The notes under the pieces are model-generated. The model searched no databases and had not been told where the DNA came from. It was given only the letters and a program-made list of their open reading frames with translations. From IMG/VR virus record IMGVR_UViG_3300028197_001024, positions 10,468-74,467 of that record: DNA of 64,000 nt. One strand, given 5' to 3'. Position numbers and translations under genes: made by a program. Numbering within the stretch: the stretch's first letter is position 1; every line of letters starts with the position of its first letter. Positions 58,745 through 64,000 of this stretch are shown here, piece after piece. The DNA is from a virus.

Positions 58745-58981
58745 ATGGCAACAAACACAAATGCACTTTACGAAGCACTTAAAGCTCAATTCGTAGCACA
58801 AAGAGAAAAAGCAAGAGCAACACTAACAGTTTACTTAACTAACCCAGTAGGTATTGGCGAACATCCACAAATTATTGATGAAATGGTTGAACAAACAAAA
58901 TCATTAGCCGAGGCAGAAGATTGTTTAGAAAGATTAGTTTCTACATTTGAAGTTAATGACGAGGTAAAGACTGAGGATTAA
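58745..58981 (+). CDS. Hypothetical phage protein
   Basis: NPVGIGEHP motif, helical. Confidence 0.6.
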   Translation: MATNTNALYEALKAQFVAQREKARATLTVYLTNPVGIGEHPQIIDEMVEQTKSLAEAEDCLERLVSTFEVNDEVKTED

Positions 58982-58983
58982 TA

Positions 58984-59466
58984 ATGAATAAAATTATCTT
59001 AGTAGGTAAAGCTGCTGCTGGAAAAGATCATATGAGAAAGATCCTTAGCGGTCGAGGTTTTCAATATGGAATTTCATATACAACTCGACCGCCTAGAGAA
59101 GGTGAAATAGATGGTAAAGATTATTTCTTTTTAACTGAAGATATGTTTAAAAGAAAAATCAATCAAGGGTATTGGTATGAATGGATAGAATTTAACGGTT
59201 GGTATTATGGGACTAGCCAAAGACAGTTTACTACAAGCTGTAATCTTTTTATTATGACTCCTAAAGGTATAGGTCATATTGATCCAGTTGATAGGAAAGA
59301 ATGTACAATCATTTATCTGAATGTTCCTGAAAAAATTAGAAGGGAAAGATTAGAGGAAAGAGGGGATAGTTTTAGTGATTCAATAGATCGAAGAATGGAG
59401 GCAGATAACAAAGACTTTGAAAACTTTACTGATTTTGATTTAGAGATAAACAATTCTAACTTTTAA
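58984..59466 (+). CDS. gmk: Guanylate kinase
   Basis: GKAAAGKD, SYTTRPPREGEIDGKDYFF, WYYGT. Confidence 0.88.
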   Translation: MNKIILVGKAAAGKDHMRKILSGRGFQYGISYTTRPPREGEIDGKDYFFLTEDMFKRKINQGYWYEWIEFNGWYYGTSQRQFTTSCNLFIMTPKGIGHIDPVDRKECTIIYLNVPEKIRRERLEERGDSFSDSIDRRMEADNKDFENFTDFDLEINNSNF

Positions 59467-59474
59467 CAATATAA
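59447..59474 (+). promoter_or_regulatory. Putative middle promoter
   Basis: TAAAC-N18-TATAA. Confidence 0.5.
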
Positions 59475-59484
59475 AAATAAAACA

Positions 59485-60102
59485 ATGAGTAAATTTATTA
59501 TCATAGAGGGTACTGATAACACAGGTAAAGATACACAACAAGATCTAATAATTAAAAAGATGAATAATAATGTATTTCATAAATTACATTATTCATCTCT
59601 TCCTTTTAAAGATGATAAAAATAAACATGCTACTTACTCTAAAAAGATGTATGATGGTATGTTTAAATTAATGATGAAATCTAAATTAGGTGAACAGCCT
59701 ACTGATGAACCTATCAATCTTATATTTAATAGATCCCATTTAGGTGAAACTGTTTATTCTCCACTTTATAGAGGTTACTCTGGTGATTATGTTTTTGATA
59801 TTGAAAAGAAATACACTAAAGCATTAAGAGAAGATTTATATTTAATTACATTAACAAATGATCCTCATACTATTCTAAAAAGAGATGATGGTAAATCATT
59901 CTATGGTAATGAAGAAGAAGTAAAGGCAGAGGTTGATGGTTTTAATAGAGCTCATCGTTTAAGTACAATTAAAAATAAGTTATTACTAAATATTGGTACT
60001 ATGAGTGCTGAAGAAGTATCAAATATTATTATAGATTTTCTTAATCATAAAAATACTATCACTGGAGATTCTAAACAATTAAATATATTCAACGATGTGT
60101 AA
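59485..60102 (+). CDS. Thymidylate-kinase-like dNMP kinase (candidate modified-dCMP kinase)
   Basis: IIIEGTDNTGKDT P-loop, FNRSHLGETVYSPLYR. Confidence 0.75.
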   Translation: MSKFIIIEGTDNTGKDTQQDLIIKKMNNNVFHKLHYSSLPFKDDKNKHATYSKKMYDGMFKLMMKSKLGEQPTDEPINLIFNRSHLGETVYSPLYRGYSGDYVFDIEKKYTKALREDLYLITLTNDPHTILKRDDGKSFYGNEEEVKAEVDGFNRAHRLSTIKNKLLLNIGTMSAEEVSNIIIDFLNHKNTITGDSKQLNIFNDV

Positions 60103-60274
60103 AGCAGAAGATATATTATATGAAGCTCATAATGAAGGAATACGAGATGAGGTCCTTAATGAAAGTAGAAAATTATTAAATGAAGGTGGTAAATATACTT
60201 ATATGGAATTTGCTGACCGATTAGAAATAGCAATAAGAAACATTAGAGAAATAAAAAAAAATGAGAGTATTTAA
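60095..60274 (+). CDS. Small hypothetical protein, 59 aa; not in the ORF track
   Basis: MCKAEDILYEAHNEGIRDEVLNESRKLLNEGG...; overlaps both neighbours. Confidence 0.5.
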   Translation: MCKAEDILYEAHNEGIRDEVLNESRKLLNEGGKYTYMEFADRLEIAIRNIREIKKNESI

Positions 60275-61169
60275 AGGAGAGACATTTGCAGAGGCATATA
60301 ACTATGCACTAGGTAGTATTATTCATAATCCTAATTATGTATCATCACCAAGAGGTATGAAGATTAATGAAATATCAGATGCCGCTATTGTAATTGAAGA
60401 TCCTACGTTTTGTTTATATGACAATTCTCGTAGGAGTAGTCAATTTAAATATATTGCAGCAGAATTAGTTTGGTATTTCACTGGTCGTAAAGATGCTGAT
60501 TTTATTACACCTTATGCAAAATTCTGGGATCAGATTAAAAATAAAGATGGTTCAGTAAATTCAGCTTATGGTAATCTTATCTTCACTGAAGAATTAGAAG
60601 ATGGTAGAAATCAATATCGCTGGGCGTTAGATTCTTTAATTCAAGATAAAGATTCAAGACAAGCAATTTTACATTTCAATAAACCATCACATCAATGGTA
60701 TGGTAATAAAGATTTTGTATGTACGCTTAATGGCATATTTCAAATAAGAGATAATAAATTAAACTTTACTATTGATATGAGATCTAATGATCTTATCTTA
60801 GGTACACCTACGGATGTTGCATTCTTTTGTCTTTTACAAATACAAATGCTAGAACATTTAAGAAAATACTATCCTGAATTAGAATTAGGTACTTATACTC
60901 ATATTGCACATTCTTTACATTTATATGAAAGGCATTTTAATCTTGCGAGTGAAATGTTAGAAAAATCATTTAACCCTCAATCATTTCCAGATATGACAGA
61001 GTTTTTAATTGATCCAAACGGTAAACCCTTAGATGGTTTAAATCAATTAGAAGAAGAAATGATTCAGATGAATGATTTAGTTTTTAATGGTAATGCAAGT
61101 TACACTGTAGATAAACATGATGATCTTTTACATCAATGGATATCTGATGCAATCTTTGGAAATATATAA
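60261..61169 (+). CDS. Thymidylate-synthase-fold dCMP-modifying enzyme (gp42-like dCMP hydroxymethylase or hydroxylase)
   Basis: ELVWY, NSAYG, DSRQA, DFVCT catalytic Cys, MRSNDLILGTPTD (Asp at the dCMP specificity position), SLHLYERH. Confidence 0.78.
   Translation: MRVFKGETFAEAYNYALGSIIHNPNYVSSPRGMKINEISDAAIVIEDPTFCLYDNSRRSSQFKYIAAELVWYFTGRKDADFITPYAKFWDQIKNKDGSVNSAYGNLIFTEELEDGRNQYRWALDSLIQDKDSRQAILHFNKPSHQWYGNKDFVCTLNGIFQIRDNKLNFTIDMRSNDLILGTPTDVAFFCLLQIQMLEHLRKYYPELELGTYTHIAHSLHLYERHFNLASEMLEKSFNPQSFPDMTEFLIDPNGKPLDGLNQLEEEMIQMNDLVFNGNASYTVDKHDDLLHQWISDAIFGNI
61160..61169 (+). promoter_or_regulatory. Putative late promoter
   Basis: AAATATATAA just upstream of 61187. Confidence 0.5.
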
Positions 61170-61186
61170 ACAAAATAAAATTTGTT

Positions 61187-62665
61187 TTGAAGTACTTAAA
61201 ATTATTTGAACAGTTCGTAAATGAAAAGAAGCCAGCCGGTGCTCCTGATTGGCATGACTCTGATGCACCTGATGCAAACGGTAGATTTAAAGATCTTTCT
61301 ATAAAGGATTTAGCAGCATGGTTAATTAAAACTAGAAAGAAAGATGTTAAAAAGATTAGCGGTTCTTTAACTCAGCAAATAGTTTTTAACAGAAAGAGTG
61401 ATCCTAAGTATGCTGAAAAGATGGAGAAAACCAGAAAAGAAGTATATAAACAATTAGGTAGAGAAGATTTATTAAAAGAATCAGATATTACTATTGGTGG
61501 TAAAGAATATAAGCTTATTCAAAAAGGAAGTAAAATTACTCTAATTAATACTAAGTTATCAGCTGATAAGTTTATATTTAGAAATGAAAAAGAATTTAAA
61601 GCATGGGCTGATGACCAAGTAGAACCAATTGGTGGAACTCAATCATCTCATTTTGGTATTAGTGAATCGGTTGATCATAAAAGCTATTTAAATAAAGTTA
61701 ATTTTTTATTAGCAGGAGAAAAGATAGAAGGTCTTACTGGTAAAAATAATAAAAGAATTTATGGCAAAATAAATGATGTTTGTTTAGAAAAGCTATATAA
61801 TTCATTTTATGCAAAAGGTGACTATAAAAAAGTATTAGAAGTTAATTCAGAATTGCCTCTTATTTATTATGGTGGAAATTCAAAAGAGGGGTTAGATTTT
61901 ATAAAGAAGTACAGCATATCAGAAGATGTAATGTATAACTCACCTAAAGCAATGAAGATTAGTGGTAATAAGAGTGATTTTTATAAAATGTTTAAAGATA
62001 CTGATTTTATTCCAAAGGCGGTTTATAAAAAGGAAGATGCAAAAGATTTACAATTTCCTGTGATTGCAAAACCAGATGATGGGCATTCAGGTTTAGGTAT
62101 TGAAATATTTGATACTTATGAAGACTTAGAAAAAAGCAAAGGTAAATTTGAAAACTATTCAGAAGCAAAAGATCTTGATAGAGAATTTAGAGTTTTATTA
62201 ATGAATGATAATCCTGTATTAGTTCATGAAAGAGTTTCTTTAAATGAAAATGAAATTAAAGATAAAGAAGCAGATGAACAAACTGAATTTACTTATGTTG
62301 ATCAGGATATAAATAAGATAGATTTTATGGATAAAGTAAATGATATATCCAGAAAGGTTAGAGAAAAATTAAAACTTGGACTTTGGTCAATTGATTTAAT
62401 GATTGATAAAAGTGGAGACTGTTGGGTTGCTGAAATTAATTCTGCTTCTGGTATGGCTGCAGATAAAATGGCAAGAGTATATGTTAAAGTGTATGAAGAT
62501 TTTTATGGAGAGAAATTACCTAAAGAACTAAAGAATCATTTAAATGAAGAATACATCAAGCCTATTTATAAAATTAATTTAAAGGAAAATGCAGAACAGA
62601 TTAAAAGATCTAAGTGCAGTGTAAACTACCAAGATGTCATAGACGGTAAAGAAACAATTCTTTAA
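61187..62665 (+). CDS. Multidomain protein with C-terminal ATP-grasp (RimK-like) ligase and CTS-like N-terminus
   Basis: PVIAKPDDGHSGLGI, EFRV, IDLMID, AEINSASG; N-terminus MKYLKLFEQFVNE (TTG start). Confidence 0.7.
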   Translation: MKYLKLFEQFVNEKKPAGAPDWHDSDAPDANGRFKDLSIKDLAAWLIKTRKKDVKKISGSLTQQIVFNRKSDPKYAEKMEKTRKEVYKQLGREDLLKESDITIGGKEYKLIQKGSKITLINTKLSADKFIFRNEKEFKAWADDQVEPIGGTQSSHFGISESVDHKSYLNKVNFLLAGEKIEGLTGKNNKRIYGKINDVCLEKLYNSFYAKGDYKKVLEVNSELPLIYYGGNSKEGLDFIKKYSISEDVMYNSPKAMKISGNKSDFYKMFKDTDFIPKAVYKKEDAKDLQFPVIAKPDDGHSGLGIEIFDTYEDLEKSKGKFENYSEAKDLDREFRVLLMNDNPVLVHERVSLNENEIKDKEADEQTEFTYVDQDINKIDFMDKVNDISRKVREKLKLGLWSIDLMIDKSGDCWVAEINSASGMAADKMARVYVKVYEDFYGEKLPKELKNHLNEEYIKPIYKINLKENAEQIKRSKCSVNYQDVIDGKETIL

Positions 62666-62678
62666 TTAAAAAAAGTTG

Positions 62679-62726
62679 CTCATTTCCTTTCAATTCCCAA
62701 CTAATTTTATTATATTTAAACTATAA
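62679..62726 (+). promoter_or_regulatory. Putative early (host-sigma) promoter, copy 2
   Basis: Near-identical to 53450-53498. Confidence 0.6.
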
Positions 62727-62750
62727 CAGTTAATCTGTAAATAAAAACAT

Positions 62751-63284
62751 ATGCTTAAAGATTTAGAAATTCCTAAAGATTTTTATATAACATCTGATAC
62801 GTGGTTTGGAAGACCACAGATACTTCAAATTGCAAATAGAAAATTTAATGATGTAGATGAAATGAATGCTACACTTATTAAAAATTGGAATAAGGTTGTA
62901 AAAAAGAATGATATTATATTTCACTTAGGAAATTTCGCGTGGGATCCACAAACTGCTAGGCAAGTTTTAAAGAAACTCAACGGGCAAATCTATTTTATGA
63001 TAGGTAGTTCTGATGAGGCTTTTTTAGATGTTCAACATGAATTTGAAAATATATCTATATTAGAGGATCAAATTTTGGAATTACCTCAATTTGATTCTGT
63101 AATTTGCCATTATCCACTAGAGGCATGGAATGGTAAAGATTCAGGTACTCTTCATTTTCATGGTCATACAGTATTCTCTCATAAGACAGATTTATCTAAA
63201 ATGAATAGAATAAATGTATGTACAGATTTTTGGAATTATACACCAGTAAATTATTTAACTATTAAAGATTTTATAAATGAGTAA
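62751..63284 (+). CDS. Calcineurin-like metallophosphoesterase homologue with substituted metal ligands
   Basis: TSDTWFG, HLGNF, IGSSD, CHYP, HGH, INVCTD. Confidence 0.75.
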   Translation: MLKDLEIPKDFYITSDTWFGRPQILQIANRKFNDVDEMNATLIKNWNKVVKKNDIIFHLGNFAWDPQTARQVLKKLNGQIYFMIGSSDEAFLDVQHEFENISILEDQILELPQFDSVICHYPLEAWNGKDSGTLHFHGHTVFSHKTDLSKMNRINVCTDFWNYTPVNYLTIKDFINE

Positions 63285-63915
63285 AACAAAAAAGAAAACT
63301 TACAAAGAACTAGCGATTGAATTTAAAAAGACAAGAAATGAAAAGGTATATAATGAGTTATATGCTAAGATGAGGCCAGGATTATGGTCTTATGTTAATA
63401 ACATTGTAAAAGATCCTACTATCGCTAATGATATTGTATCAACAACATTAACAACTGTATATTTAAAAATAGATCAATACAATGAGGATTACCAAATTAC
63501 TACATGGGCATATCGTATTGCATATAATGAATGTATAGGTTGGATTAGATTTAGAAATAAGAAAATCAGTATGAATGTTTTTACTGATGCTGGTGTTGAA
63601 CCGCCTATGGAACCTTCTATTACTTTAAGAACAGATTCTTACTTACCTAAAACTGAGATTGATTGGGAAGATGAGCAGACAATATTAGATGAGCAAGTCA
63701 GATTAACACATGAGGCAATTAACGCGTTACCTCCAATGTATAAGAGATATATGATTGAAAGATTTTTAAATCATAGGTCTTATCAAGATATTTTAGAGAT
63801 AATGCAAGAATCTGAAAAGGGTATAAACCTACAAACAGTTAAGAATAGAATATTTAGAGGGAGGAAAATAGTTAAAAAACAACTAGAAGGTATGAAACTT
63901 TTTGCTGAAGCCTAA
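63277..63915 (+). CDS. ECF-like sigma-70 family sigma factor
   Basis: Region 2 ANDIV...TTWAYRIAYN; region 4 AINALPPMYK...SYQDI...TVKNRIFRGRK. Confidence 0.85.
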   Translation: MSKTKKKTYKELAIEFKKTRNEKVYNELYAKMRPGLWSYVNNIVKDPTIANDIVSTTLTTVYLKIDQYNEDYQITTWAYRIAYNECIGWIRFRNKKISMNVFTDAGVEPPMEPSITLRTDSYLPKTEIDWEDEQTILDEQVRLTHEAINALPPMYKRYMIERFLNHRSYQDILEIMQESEKGINLQTVKNRIFRGRKIVKKQLEGMKLFAEA

Positions 63916-63938
63916 ATAGATAATAAACAATAAAAAAT

Positions 63939-64000
63939 ATGTACATAAGTAAACTTTATAAAGAACTCCGCATTTGGCAAAAGATAAGAAAGGTTGCCAA
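63939..64000 (+). CDS. Start of a CDS truncated by the window edge
   Basis: ATG after an A-rich leader; frame open to the end of the window. Confidence 0.4.
   Translation, partial: MYISKLYKELRIWQKIRKVA

Noticed and set aside
60261-61169. Ordinary thymidylate synthase (thyA)
   Set aside because: Asp replaces the dUMP-specifying Asn, and the motifs match gp42 better
1-64000. Alternative genetic code (stop-codon reassignment), as seen in some Bacteroidota phages
   Set aside because: Core genes are full length under code 11, and TAA, TGA and TAG all appear to act as stops
1-64000. tRNA, rRNA, CRISPR array, introns or inteins
   Set aside because: Intergenic spaces are short; I saw no cloverleaf, repeat-spacer array or interrupted core gene

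Overview
The window is part of a large, AT-rich T4-like myophage genome, in standard genetic code 11, with almost every gene on the + strand. A Bacteroidota (probably Flavobacteriia) host is inferred from A-rich translation starts lacking Shine-Dalgarno sites, an Hc1 histone-like gene and TAnnTTT-type early promoter repeats. From left to right: an amino-sugar pathway and glycosyltransferases (0-4 kb); a sugar kinase/phosphatase/nucleotidyltransferase/epimerase, BGT-like glycosyltransferase and atypical C5-methyltransferase operon (4.5-12 kb); replication and recombination genes (clamp, C-terminal half of a split family-B polymerase, UvsX, gp41, gp47/46); head, packaging and tail genes (gp55 late sigma, gp4, gp2, portal, protease-scaffold, capsid, terminases, GroES, sheath, tube, tape measure); type II topoisomerase; nucleotide kinases; a gp42-like dCMP-modifying enzyme; an ATP-grasp protein; and an ECF-like sigma factor. 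The most interesting signal is a candidate replication-coupled cytosine hypermodification system, whose enzymes share a short [S/K]-[L/I]-F tail with the polymerase, RNase H and topoisomerase (a putative clamp-binding motif). Also notable: T4-like capsid-targeting N-termini on enzymes, three promoter classes matching two phage sigma factors plus the host sigma, and a probable programmed frameshift upstream of the tape measure gene. All family calls come from recognising motifs by eye; no database searches were run.
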